The notes: generated by a model not told the origin, from the letters alone. Shown: positions 9,237 through 18,667, counted from the stretch's first letter. The stretch is DNA of 64,000 bases from an uncultured bacterium (GCA_937975685.1 CALJUG010000004.1:31494-95493); one strand, 5' to 3'. Program-made: numbers and translations.

Positions 9237-9365
9237 GAATGTTCATGAGGAGTTGGACAACCCTGGTGGGATCATCTCTCCAGCATTCACTCGAATCACA
9301 GGGTTGCGAGCGGCGGGCGTGCAGCCATCCGCTCGATAGCGTTCGCGTGGAACAGGGCTAACGCA

Positions 9366-11462
9366 ATGGCGAAAAGTGGCGCCGTTTGGGGTATCGATAT
9401 CGGGCAATGCGCGGTCAAAGCGCTGCGCTGCCAGCCCGGCGAGACCGACGACGTAATCGTTGCCGACGCCTTCGATTACATCGAGTACCCGAAGATTCTC
9501 AGCCAGCCCGACGCCGACCCCGCCGAGCTGGTGCGCGAGGCACTCGAGCTGTTTCTGTCGCGCAACACCGTGCGCGGCGACAAGGTGGCCATTTCCGTCT
9601 CGGGCCAGAGCGGCCTGGCGCGGTTTATCAAGCTGCCCCCGGTCGAGTCGAAAAAGATTCCCGACATCGTCAAATACGAAGCCAGGCAACAAATTCCCTT
9701 TGCGCTGGAAGACGTGGTCTGGGATTACCAGCAAATGCAGGGGGGCAGCGAAGAAGACGGCTTCGCCCTGGAAACCGAAGTCGGCTTGTTCGCCATGAAG
9801 CGCGACCAGGCCGAACGGGCCCTCAAGCCGTTCGACGACGCCGGCATCGAAGTCGATATCGTGCAGCTCACGCCGCTGGCGATCTACAACTTCACCGTCT
9901 TCGACCAGATGAACGATTTGCCTCCGGCCGAAGAGTACGACCCGGAGAATCCGCCCGAGTCAATCGTCGTCATCTCGCTGGGAACCGACACCACGGACCT
10001 GGTGATCACCAACGGGTACCGCGTCTGGCAGCGGAGCATCGCCCTGGGCGGGAGCCATTTCACCAAGGCGCTGACCAAGGAGCTGCGGCTCACGTTCGCC
10101 AAGGCCGAACATCTGAAGAAGAACGCTTCGCAGGCCGAAGATCCCAAGGCCGTGTTTCAGGCCATGCGGCCCGTGTTCAACGACCTGTTGACGCAAATTC
10201 AGCGGTCGATCGGCTACTTCACCAGCATCGATCGCGACGCCAAGATCGGCCGCGTGATCGCCCTGGGCAATGCCATGAAACTGCCCGGGCTGCAGAAGTA
10301 CCTGTCGCAGAACCTGGGCCAGAACGTGGCCGAGGTGAAAGGCTATCGCGGGCTGAATGGCCCGACCGTGGTCGACGCGCCGGCCTTCAAGAGCAACCTG
10401 CTCAGCTTCCCGGTGTGCTACGGACTGGCGCTACAGGGGATGGACAAGTCGAGCCTGTCGACGAACCTGCTGCCGCCGGAGATTCTCACCGACCGGATGA
10501 TCCGGGAGAAGAAGCCGTGGGCCGTGGCGATGGTGGCCATGTTGCTGTTGGGCATCACGATCAACTTCCTGGGGCACTGGCGGGCCTGGAACTCGGTGCA
10601 CCCCGAGAGGTTCTCCGCGGCCTCAAGCGCCGCCGATCAGGCATCCAGCATGGCCAGCAGCGCGCGCAGCGACTACGAGGCCCAAAAGGCGAAATTCGAA
10701 GAGATTCATGCGATCGGCGAGGGCCTGGTCAGCAACGTCGAGGGACGCTTCTTGTGGCTCGAGTTGATCGCCGCGCTGAACCAGTGCCTGCCGTCGGATC
10801 CGCCGGGCGAGCGTCCTGAAGAAATCGGCCAGCGCGAAGAAATCCATATCACGGGGCTCGATTGCGAATGGTACCCGGATCTGGCCACGTGGTATTCCTC
10901 GGGGATCGGTGAACGCATTCAAGCGGCCAAGCAGGCCGAGCAGGCGCCCGGCAGCGCGGGCGGTGCGGACACAGCTTCGCCGGATGGCCAGGGCGTGCCG
11001 CCCGAGTCGGCGGATCCTTTCGGGGCGGCAGCCAACGGGGCCGGACCTGGGCCGGGGGCGCCTCCCGGCGGAACGCCGGATACGGGCCCCACGGGTCCCG
11101 GCTGGGTGATCGAGCTGCGGGGGTATCACTATCACAACGAAGACCGTCGGCGGTTCGGCGCGGCTTTCGTGCGCGATACGCTGGTCGAAAACCTCCGCGA
11201 GAAGGAGGTTCAGGTGCTTGATCGGAGCGGCAATCCCACGACCGTGCCCGTCTCGGACTTGGGGATCAGCCATCCGGTGATCCTCACCGACGACGTCACC
11301 TTAAAGGACGAGACGATCGAGGACCGCACGACGGGAGAGAAGATCCCCGTGAAGGTGTGGCATTTCACTTTGCAGTTTGCCTGGTCGCCGACCACGATCA
11401 GCGAGCGCGAGGAAAACAAAGCGCAGGCCGACGCCGCGTTGACCGCGGTGGGGGGACAATAG
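9366..11462 (+). CDS. pilM: PilM-like actin-fold ATPase fused to a PilN-like transmembrane/periplasmic module
   Basis: N-terminal PilM-type motifs 'VWGIDIGQCAVKAL', 'ISLGTDTTDLVITNG', 'IALGGSHFTKAL', 'VIALGNAMKLPGL'. These are followed by the PilN-type 'TNLLPPEI' peptide, a TM helix 'WAVAMVAMLLLGITINFLGHW', a coiled segment and an alpha/beta-like tail split by a Pro/Gly-rich insert. Confidence 0.8.
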   Translation: MAKSGAVWGIDIGQCAVKALRCQPGETDDVIVADAFDYIEYPKILSQPDADPAELVREALELFLSRNTVRGDKVAISVSGQSGLARFIKLPPVESKKIPDIVKYEARQQIPFALEDVVWDYQQMQGGSEEDGFALETEVGLFAMKRDQAERALKPFDDAGIEVDIVQLTPLAIYNFTVFDQMNDLPPAEEYDPENPPESIVVISLGTDTTDLVITNGYRVWQRSIALGGSHFTKALTKELRLTFAKAEHLKKNASQAEDPKAVFQAMRPVFNDLLTQIQRSIGYFTSIDRDAKIGRVIALGNAMKLPGLQKYLSQNLGQNVAEVKGYRGLNGPTVVDAPAFKSNLLSFPVCYGLALQGMDKSSLSTNLLPPEILTDRMIREKKPWAVAMVAMLLLGITINFLGHWRAWNSVHPERFSAASSAADQASSMASSARSDYEAQKAKFEEIHAIGEGLVSNVEGRFLWLELIAALNQCLPSDPPGERPEEIGQREEIHITGLDCEWYPDLATWYSSGIGERIQAAKQAEQAPGSAGGADTASPDGQGVPPESADPFGAAANGAGPGPGAPPGGTPDTGPTGPGWVIELRGYHYHNEDRRRFGAAFVRDTLVENLREKEVQVLDRSGNPTTVPVSDLGISHPVILTDDVTLKDETIEDRTTGEKIPVKVWHFTLQFAWSPTTISEREENKAQADAALTAVGGQ

Positions 11463-11463
11463 C

Positions 11464-12690
11464 ATGGATCAAGTCAAGGTCGTCCTGGGCTACGTGCAGA
11501 AGTACCATTTCTGGTTGCTGTGCGTCGTCGTGATCGTCGCCGGGCTGGTCGGCTGGATGAAAGCCAGCGGGAGCCTGTCGCAGGAGTACCAGACGCACAA
11601 AGGCACGGTGACGGGCAAGTACGATTCCCTGGTAGGCATCCTCAACGGCGAGACGCCCCCCAATGCCGATTGGACGGCGTCGCTGGCGGAGCTCACGCAA
11701 CAGGAGCGCGAAAAGGTGCGGGCCGCCTGGCAGGCCGTGTACGACGATCAGCAGAAGGTGCTCGATTGGCCCATCGACGTGATGGGCGACGAGTTTGCCC
11801 AGCGAATCGCCGACGCCAAGCCGGGCAGCGAGATCCCGCAGAACGACCGCGCCTTCTATCAGAACAATGTCATCAACAATGAATTCCCGCGGCTGCGCGA
11901 AATCGTCGAGGCCCCCGCGCCGGACGCCATGACGGGCCGCAGCGACGGCGACGATCAATCGAGGATGGCCCAGTACAAAGTCGTGTGGGACAGCGAGAGC
12001 CAGGACGACGTGCGCGAAATGCTCGCGATGACCGGCAGCGTCCCTACGTCGCAGGCCGTCTGGCAACGGCAGGAAGATCTGTGGGTATTCAAGGCGCTGT
12101 TGAACATCATCCGCAAGACGAACGAGGGCACGCAATACAACTCGCGGGTCAAGATCATCGAGGAGTTGTCGATCGGCAAGGAGGCGGCCGAGAAGTTCGC
12201 CGAGGGGAAGGCCCCGGGACACATTGAGACCTTGGCCAACGCCGCGCCGAGTGGCGCGGCCATGACCCCGCCGGCACCGCCGCCGGACCCGACCATCGAG
12301 CGCCCGTTGGACGAGAACCGCTATCTCGACGCCGACGGCAATCCGCTGCCCACGCTGCCCCCCGGCGAGCAATACAAGCGGATGCCCGTGTTCATGAAGC
12401 TGGTGATGGATCAGCGCGAGATCGGGCGGTTGCTGGCCGAATGCGCCAACTATCCGCTGCCGGTCGAGGTGCACCAGTTTCGCCTCAATCCCAAGTCGAA
12501 GCAGGAAAAAAGCAAGCGATCCAGTCAGTCATCGACCGGAGCCGCTCAAGCGCGGATGGGACCGCCGGCCGCCGTCCCCGACGCGTATGACGTGACCGTC
12601 GAGATCAGCGGAATCATTTACATCTTCAATCCGCCCGACATGGAAAAACTGGGAGTCCCGGCCGACGGCGCGCAGTTGGCCGGCAGGTAG
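11464..12690 (+). CDS. Single-pass membrane protein of the PilM-secretin cluster (unknown family)
   Basis: The ATG lies 1 nt after the pilM-like stop codon (11460-11462). N-terminal TM 'HFWLLCVVVIVAGLVGW'. GC-rich third positions throughout. I recognise no family motif. Confidence 0.7.
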   Translation: MDQVKVVLGYVQKYHFWLLCVVVIVAGLVGWMKASGSLSQEYQTHKGTVTGKYDSLVGILNGETPPNADWTASLAELTQQEREKVRAAWQAVYDDQQKVLDWPIDVMGDEFAQRIADAKPGSEIPQNDRAFYQNNVINNEFPRLREIVEAPAPDAMTGRSDGDDQSRMAQYKVVWDSESQDDVREMLAMTGSVPTSQAVWQRQEDLWVFKALLNIIRKTNEGTQYNSRVKIIEELSIGKEAAEKFAEGKAPGHIETLANAAPSGAAMTPPAPPPDPTIERPLDENRYLDADGNPLPTLPPGEQYKRMPVFMKLVMDQREIGRLLAECANYPLPVEVHQFRLNPKSKQEKSKRSSQSSTGAAQARMGPPAAVPDAYDVTVEISGIIYIFNPPDMEKLGVPADGAQLAGR

Positions 12691-12716
12691 CGAGCCCTTC
12701 GAGGATCGAGGCAGCC

Positions 12717-14288
12717 ATGAAAAAAATGAGCCTGGATGTCACGAGCATCAAGAACTGGATGCTGTCGCACGGCGAGAAGCTGGCGCTGGGCATCGTGGGG
12801 CTGGCGTTCCTGTGGTTCGCCTACTCGGCGTTCTCGCGCGAGTCGCTCGACTCGCAATACGAGCCGACCAACCTGCAACAGAAGGCCAGTGCCGTGACGC
12901 AACACGTGGCCAATTCGCGCTGGGATCCACAGACCCAGGAAGTACGCACCGCCAACTACCTGGAGCGGGCTCGCGCCAAGGAGATCGCGCCGGACACGCT
13001 TTCGCTGAAGCTGCCCTTCGATCCGCCGTCGACCGACCCCAAGGCCAAGCGCGGCGAGCCGAAAGTGCTGCCTCCTGAAGAACCGCGCGTGGCGGCAGGA
13101 ATCGGCGTGTTTCGCGTGGACCAGCCCGCCGAAGGCGGAGACAAGAAAGTCGGTCTGCGCGCTCAGCCGTGGGCCGTCGTCACGGCGGTCGTGCCCTACG
13201 AGCAGCAACGGGAAGCGTTCGCCGCGGCCCTGGCCAACGCCGTGGGCTACTCGGAGGACCAGGACAGGCCCGAGTACCTGATGCCCGTCTTACAGCGCAC
13301 CGATGTCAACCCTTCGCAGCCCGACCAGGTCGACTGGAAGGACGTGCCGGTCGCCAAGGACTTCGAAAAATCGTGGGCTGGCGGGTCGAAGCAAGAACTG
13401 GCCGACAGCGAATTCGTGCATGCGGAGCTGACCGGCCCCCTGGGTCCGCTGGTCGTGGGCGATTGGGGCGAAGAAGTGCTGCACCCCAAGGTGCTCCGCG
13501 TCGGCCAGCGCCGGCCGGCGGCCGAGGCTGAGCCCGAGGCCGCGGAGGCCGAACCCGAAGAGCCCGCCGAGCCCAGTCGATTCGGGGTCCGTAGTCCCCG
13601 CCGCGAGGCCCCCCGCAAGCCCGCAGCCGACAACAAGAACACGAAAAAGGGTGCTGTCGAGCCGGCACCGCATCGCCTGGTGCGCGTGTTCGACTACACG
13701 GTCGAACCGGGCAAATACTACCGCTATCGCCTGATCGTGGCGCTGCGGAACCCGAACGCGGGCAAGATGCCGCACACGCTCGAGGACCCCGCGTATGCCA
13801 CCAAGAGCGTCCTGGTCGCCGAGCCGACTCCGCCAACCGAAGTCGTGCGGATTCCGCATGGACACGGCGTGCTGGCAGGCCCCGTCGAAGCCGGATCGCG
13901 CCACTCGGGCCCCACGGCCAACTTCGTCGTCACGGCCATCGATCGCACCACCGGCCTGACCGCCCCGATCGAGCTCAAGGAAGTGCACCGCGGCGCCGCG
14001 GGCAACACGTCGATGACGGAGGTGCCCGTCAAGCATCCGATCACGGGCCAGGTGACGAACGTCGAGCTGAAGTTCGATTCGAACTTCGTCGTGCTCGACA
14101 TGCACGGCGGCGAGTCGATGCCCGGCAAGATGCGTGCCACGTATCCCGGCGAGATTCTGTTCATGGATGCCGACGGCAAGATGACCGTGCGCAGCGAGCT
14201 CGACGACGCGGCGCAATACGAAGAAATCCTCGTCAAGGAAGACAAGAAGCCCGAGGACGAGAAAGAGCGTATTCTCTCGAATCGCTAG
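12717..14288 (+). CDS. Single-pass membrane protein of the PilM-secretin cluster (unknown family)
   Basis: There is a 26-nt gap after the previous gene. N-terminal TM 'LALGIVGLAFLWFAYSAF', an acidic Pro/Glu/Ala linker (AEAEPEAAEAEPEEPAEP), then a beta-rich-looking C-terminal half. I recognise no family motif. Confidence 0.7.
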   Translation: MKKMSLDVTSIKNWMLSHGEKLALGIVGLAFLWFAYSAFSRESLDSQYEPTNLQQKASAVTQHVANSRWDPQTQEVRTANYLERARAKEIAPDTLSLKLPFDPPSTDPKAKRGEPKVLPPEEPRVAAGIGVFRVDQPAEGGDKKVGLRAQPWAVVTAVVPYEQQREAFAAALANAVGYSEDQDRPEYLMPVLQRTDVNPSQPDQVDWKDVPVAKDFEKSWAGGSKQELADSEFVHAELTGPLGPLVVGDWGEEVLHPKVLRVGQRRPAAEAEPEAAEAEPEEPAEPSRFGVRSPRREAPRKPAADNKNTKKGAVEPAPHRLVRVFDYTVEPGKYYRYRLIVALRNPNAGKMPHTLEDPAYATKSVLVAEPTPPTEVVRIPHGHGVLAGPVEAGSRHSGPTANFVVTAIDRTTGLTAPIELKEVHRGAAGNTSMTEVPVKHPITGQVTNVELKFDSNFVVLDMHGGESMPGKMRATYPGEILFMDADGKMTVRSELDDAAQYEEILVKEDKKPEDEKERILSNR

Positions 14289-14360
14289 CTGCTGGCAGAT
14301 CGCCGCACGCGGCGTCGCCAGCGGCCGCCCGGATTCGTGGCCGGGTATCGTTGTAGGAGA

Positions 14361-14395
14361 GACGCGCCGTCGCCGGCGGCTCAGGCTCAACGGGG
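14361..14395 (+). repeat. Short intergenic repeat, family 1, diverged copy
   Basis: GACGCGCCGTCGCCGGCGGCTCAGGCTCAACGGGG. It differs at 2 of the first 25 nt from the copies at 25186 and 34181, and has the same orientation. Confidence 0.6.
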
Positions 14396-14816
14396 ACGCG
14401 CGCGTTGCTGGCGGTGCGGGTGCATTCGTCGGCCACTCTGGCCCTCGCGGCTTTTTCCTGACAATCGCGTTCGCCGCGGGTGTCGTCGCGCCGTGCGCCG
14501 CGGCGGCAGGTGGCAAAAAAGGATCAAGTGGGCTTGACCCATCCGGCGGCTGCCGATATCTATCCCCGCTCTTATCTCGAATCCAGTTCTGGCAAACGTC
14601 GAACAAACACCGCTCGCGCACGACGGCCACGCGCTACGGCACGCGGCAACGTACGCGGGCGGAACTGTGATCCCGGCCACTTTCGGCCAAGCAACTCAAT
14701 ACTCTGGCATGCGAACCTCGAGGCGAGGCAGGTCTACGGTCCGCCGTGTTTGGAGCCCCGCGCGGGCAAACGGCGACAACCGGCGGACGCCACGCGTCTT
14801 GAGAAGGAGAATCGTC

Positions 14817-17800
14817 TTGAAAACGTCGAAATCGCTCTGGCATTTCGTCGCCCTGACGCTGGTCGTCTCCGCGTTCTTTCCGGCCATGACGTTCGCCCAT
14901 CCGGGCACGTCGCTGTTGCTGCTGCAAACGGCGGTGACGCAGGCCGACGGCTCGCGCGTCGTTTCGGGGCGCCAGGAGGCCGAGCAGCTCATGGTCCGGG
15001 CCCGGCAGGCTCTCAAGCAAGGCGACCTGGACACGGCCGAATCGCTCACCCAGGCCGTCGAGCAGATGCGCGTCAGCTACGGCATCTTCCACTTCGGGGA
15101 TACGCCGCGCAAGCTCCGCGCCGACGTGCAAGCCGCCCAGCGCAAGAGTGCCAAGCAGCCGCAACGCCCCAGCCAGAAGTTCACCCCCCAGGTGGCCCAG
15201 ACGCGGCGAACGGCCCCGGCTCCCACCGGCAATCCTTCCGCCGGACGCATCGCGTCGCACGGTCCGCAGCGCATCGAGACGCCGCAGCAGGAGCCGCGGA
15301 TGCAAGTACCGCAGGCCGAGGGACGCATCAAGCCGATCCTGGCGCCGCTCACGACGCCGGCCACTCCCGAACAAGAGGCGCATGCCGTGCCCGGCAAGCT
15401 GCAGCCGGTGGCCGGCGCGCGCAAGCTGACCCCGCCGGCCGATCCGGCCGCGCGACAGAAGAGCGATGCCTTGCTGCTGGGCGCCCGCCGTGCCCTGGCG
15501 GTCGGCGACGTGCGCCGCGCGGCGGCCGCGGTCGAAGCCGCCCAGCAACTGAACGTCGAATACGGCTATCACGACGACACGCCCGATCGGGTCCAGGACT
15601 CGATCGTTTCGTATCGCCAGGCGAGCCAGTTGATGGAGCAGCGGCAGGACGCGGCCGCCCGGCGGCAGTTCGCCGACGTGCTGCTGGACCAGGCCGAACA
15701 CCTGGTGCGGTGGAAGGAATACGACGAGGCCGAACGCCTCGTGCACCACGTCAAGGGGCTCAACGTCAACTACAGCCCATTCGATGTGCAGCCCGAGACG
15801 CTGCTGGAACGCATCGCCAGCGCGCGGCGCGGCGGCCCGCAACCGCCGAATGACGCCGGCGCCGAAGCCACGGCCGCGGCGATGCCTGCCGGCGAGAAGC
15901 CCGCGGGCGAACCGTTTCCCGTGGGGCAGGCGGTCTACGACGAAGGCGACCAGGCTCCGCAGGCTCGCCAGACGAACGCTCAGGAAGAACTGCCGCTGGA
16001 GGGCGCCGAGCCAATTCCGCAGGGCGGCAATGCCATGCAATTGTACGGCTTGGGCGAACAAGCGCTGCGGGCGCGCGACACGAAGCGGGCCCTGGAACTG
16101 TTTCGCCGGGCGTACGAGCTGCGCGATCAACTCGATCCCACGGTAGCCCAACGGTTGCAGGATCACTTGCAGTTGCTCTCGGCTCCGCCCAAGGCGACAC
16201 GGGGCGTCGAACCGCAACTGCTCGACGACGCCGCCAGCGAGCAGCAGTTGCTCGTGCGCCAGGTCTCGAACGATCTGGCCAAGCAGGAATTGGCCGCCTC
16301 GAAGATTCAGCAAAAGGAACCGCGGCGCTCGATGGAGATCCTGAAGGAAGCCCGCGCGGCCGTCGAGGCCTCGACGATCGAAGCCGAGGCCAAGGGCGTG
16401 CTGCTGCGGCGCGTCGATCGCAAGATCAACGAGCTCGACCAGTACATCGTCGAGCATCGCATCCAGATCGAGCAGGACGAAAAGAACCGCCAGGTGCTCG
16501 AGGAAGTCGACCGCCGCTTGCAGGCCAAGGTCGAGGTCGACGAAAAGCTGGCCAAGCTCGTCGACGACTTCAACCGCTACATGGACGAAGAGCGCTTCGC
16601 CGAGGCCGAAGTGTTGGCCAAGCGGGCCCGCGAACTGGCCCCCGACAACCCCATCGTCAAGCAGCTCATCTGGCAGAGCAAGTTCGTCAAGCGCACGCAG
16701 CGCAACCGCGCGATCGGCGACGCGAAGGAGTCGGGCTATTGGGCCGCGATGACCAGCGTCGAGCAGTCGGCCGAACCGTTCGACGACAACAACCCCTACC
16801 GCTTCGGCGACGCCAAGAAGTGGGAAGATCTCACCAAGAGCCGGGGCGAAATGATGTCGGAGCGCAAGTCGCGGCGCAGCGAGCGCGAGCTGGAGATTGA
16901 AGCCAAGCTCCGCACGCCGGTGTCGCTCAAGTTCCGCGAGCGTCCGCTGTCCGAGGTGCTCGAGCACCTGGCCACGCTGGCCGCGGTGAACCTGTATGTC
17001 GATCCGCTCGGCCTGGAAGACGAAGGCGTCGGCAGCGACACGCCCGTGACGATCGACCTGACGCAGGAGATCACGCTCAAGAGTGCCCTGACGCTGATTC
17101 TCGAGCCTTTGCACCTGAGCTACGTGATTCAGAACGAAGTGCTCAAGGTCACCAGCGAACAACTCTGCGACGGCGTGACCGACGCGCGGATCTACGACGT
17201 AGCCGACCTGGTGATCCCGATTCCGAACTTCACGCCCAACGGCCGCTTCGGCCTGCAAGGGGCGATCGCCGAGGCCTACAACATGACCGGCACGGGCGTG
17301 GGCCTGAGCCCCGGTTCGGCCTTCGTGGCCGGCCACGACGGCTCAAGCGCCAGCGGCCTGATGAGTCCCGAGATGCAGGCTCAGATCGCCCAGTTGATGC
17401 CGGGCGACGGGCGCATGGCCTCGGGCATGAACCAGCCGATCGGCATGGGTCCCGGCGGCATGGGCGGCGGTGCCCAAGCCGACTTCGACTCGCTGATCGA
17501 GTTGATCACGACCACCGTCAAGCCGCAAACCTGGGACGAGGTGGGCGGCCCCGGTTCGATCTCGCCGTTCGAGAACAATCTCAGCCTGGTGATCAACCAG
17601 ACCGAGGACGTGCACGAGGAGATCGTCGACCTGCTCGAGCAGTTGCGCCGCAACCAGGACCTGCAGGTGACGATCGAAGTGCGGTTCATCACGCTCAGCG
17701 ATACGTTCTTCGAGCGGATCGGCGTCGACTTCGACTTCAACATCATCAACACCAGCGCCACGGTCGATCCCGACCCGCTGGTGCCGCCGCGCAACAAGCG

Positions 17801-18635
17801 TGAAATCGTCGGCCTCACGCCCACCGGCGGTTTCACCCAAGACTTGGGCATTCCGTTCACGCAGGAAAGTTTCGCCCTGGCCGTGCCGCAGTTCGGCACG
17901 CCGGTGCCGGTGAGCCAGTTCGGCTTTGCGATCCTCAGCGACCTGGAAGCGTTCTTGCTGGTCGAGGCCGCTCAAGGCGATCGACGCAGCAACGTCTTGC
18001 AGGCTCCCAAGGTCACGCTATTCAACGGCCAGCAGGCGTCGGTGTTCGATCAGACGGCCATGCCGTTCGTGATCAGCGTGATTCCCGTGGTCGGCGACTT
18101 CGCGGCCGCGTATCAGCCGGTGATCACCGTGCTATCCGAAGGCACGGCGCTCACGGTGCAGGCGGTCATTTCGCACGACCGCCGCTTCGTGCGGCTCACG
18201 GTGTTGCCGCTGTTCAGCCAGATCGGCGACGTGACCGAGTTTACCTTCTCCGGCTCGAGCACCACCAGCGAGGCCGCGGCCGCGAGCGAAAGCACCGGCG
18301 GCGAGGCGGGCGATTCGGAGGCCATTGCCGAAGAAGTAACGCTCACCAACGACGGCGTCACCGTACAGTTGCCGAACTTCTCGTTTGTGTCGGTAGTGAC
18401 TACTGTCAGCGTGCCCGACGGCGGTACCGTGCTGTTAGGCGGCATCAAACGCTTGAGCGAAGGCCGCAACGAGTTCGGCGTGCCGCTGTTGAGCAAACTG
18501 CCGTACCTCAACCGTCTGTTCAAGAACGTCGGTATCGGCCGCGAAACGCAAAGCTTGATGATGATGGTCACGCCGCGGATCATCATCCAGGAAGAAGAAG
18601 AGGAACGACTGGGCATCCAGTTGCCCTCCTCGTAG
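14817..18635 (+). CDS. pilQ: Giant secretin (PilQ/GspD family), 1272 aa
   Basis: C-terminal secretin core 'LQVTIEVRFITLSDTFFERIGVDFDF ... SNVLQAPKVTLFNGQQA ... TVSVPDGGTVLLGGIKRLSEGRNEFGVPLLSKLPYLNRLFKNVGIGRETQSLMMMVTPRII'. N0/STN-like domain 'PVSLKFRERPLSEVLEHLATLAAVNLYVDP'. I place the start at TTG 14817: GAAGGAGA lies at 14803-14810, and a signal peptide 'LKTSKSLWHFVALTLVVSAFFPAMTFA' follows. The longest ORF (14667) adds 50 Arg-rich residues. Confidence 0.85.
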   Translation: MKTSKSLWHFVALTLVVSAFFPAMTFAHPGTSLLLLQTAVTQADGSRVVSGRQEAEQLMVRARQALKQGDLDTAESLTQAVEQMRVSYGIFHFGDTPRKLRADVQAAQRKSAKQPQRPSQKFTPQVAQTRRTAPAPTGNPSAGRIASHGPQRIETPQQEPRMQVPQAEGRIKPILAPLTTPATPEQEAHAVPGKLQPVAGARKLTPPADPAARQKSDALLLGARRALAVGDVRRAAAAVEAAQQLNVEYGYHDDTPDRVQDSIVSYRQASQLMEQRQDAAARRQFADVLLDQAEHLVRWKEYDEAERLVHHVKGLNVNYSPFDVQPETLLERIASARRGGPQPPNDAGAEATAAAMPAGEKPAGEPFPVGQAVYDEGDQAPQARQTNAQEELPLEGAEPIPQGGNAMQLYGLGEQALRARDTKRALELFRRAYELRDQLDPTVAQRLQDHLQLLSAPPKATRGVEPQLLDDAASEQQLLVRQVSNDLAKQELAASKIQQKEPRRSMEILKEARAAVEASTIEAEAKGVLLRRVDRKINELDQYIVEHRIQIEQDEKNRQVLEEVDRRLQAKVEVDEKLAKLVDDFNRYMDEERFAEAEVLAKRARELAPDNPIVKQLIWQSKFVKRTQRNRAIGDAKESGYWAAMTSVEQSAEPFDDNNPYRFGDAKKWEDLTKSRGEMMSERKSRRSERELEIEAKLRTPVSLKFRERPLSEVLEHLATLAAVNLYVDPLGLEDEGVGSDTPVTIDLTQEITLKSALTLILEPLHLSYVIQNEVLKVTSEQLCDGVTDARIYDVADLVIPIPNFTPNGRFGLQGAIAEAYNMTGTGVGLSPGSAFVAGHDGSSASGLMSPEMQAQIAQLMPGDGRMASGMNQPIGMGPGGMGGGAQADFDSLIELITTTVKPQTWDEVGGPGSISPFENNLSLVINQTEDVHEEIVDLLEQLRRNQDLQVTIEVRFITLSDTFFERIGVDFDFNIINTSATVDPDPLVPPRNKREIVGLTPTGGFTQDLGIPFTQESFALAVPQFGTPVPVSQFGFAILSDLEAFLLVEAAQGDRRSNVLQAPKVTLFNGQQASVFDQTAMPFVISVIPVVGDFAAAYQPVITVLSEGTALTVQAVISHDRRFVRLTVLPLFSQIGDVTEFTFSGSSTTSEAAAASESTGGEAGDSEAIAEEVTLTNDGVTVQLPNFSFVSVVTTVSVPDGGTVLLGGIKRLSEGRNEFGVPLLSKLPYLNRLFKNVGIGRETQSLMMMVTPRIIIQEEEEERLGIQLPSS

Positions 18636-18667
18636 ACGCGGCATCGAACGATTGCGTTGTCGCACGC

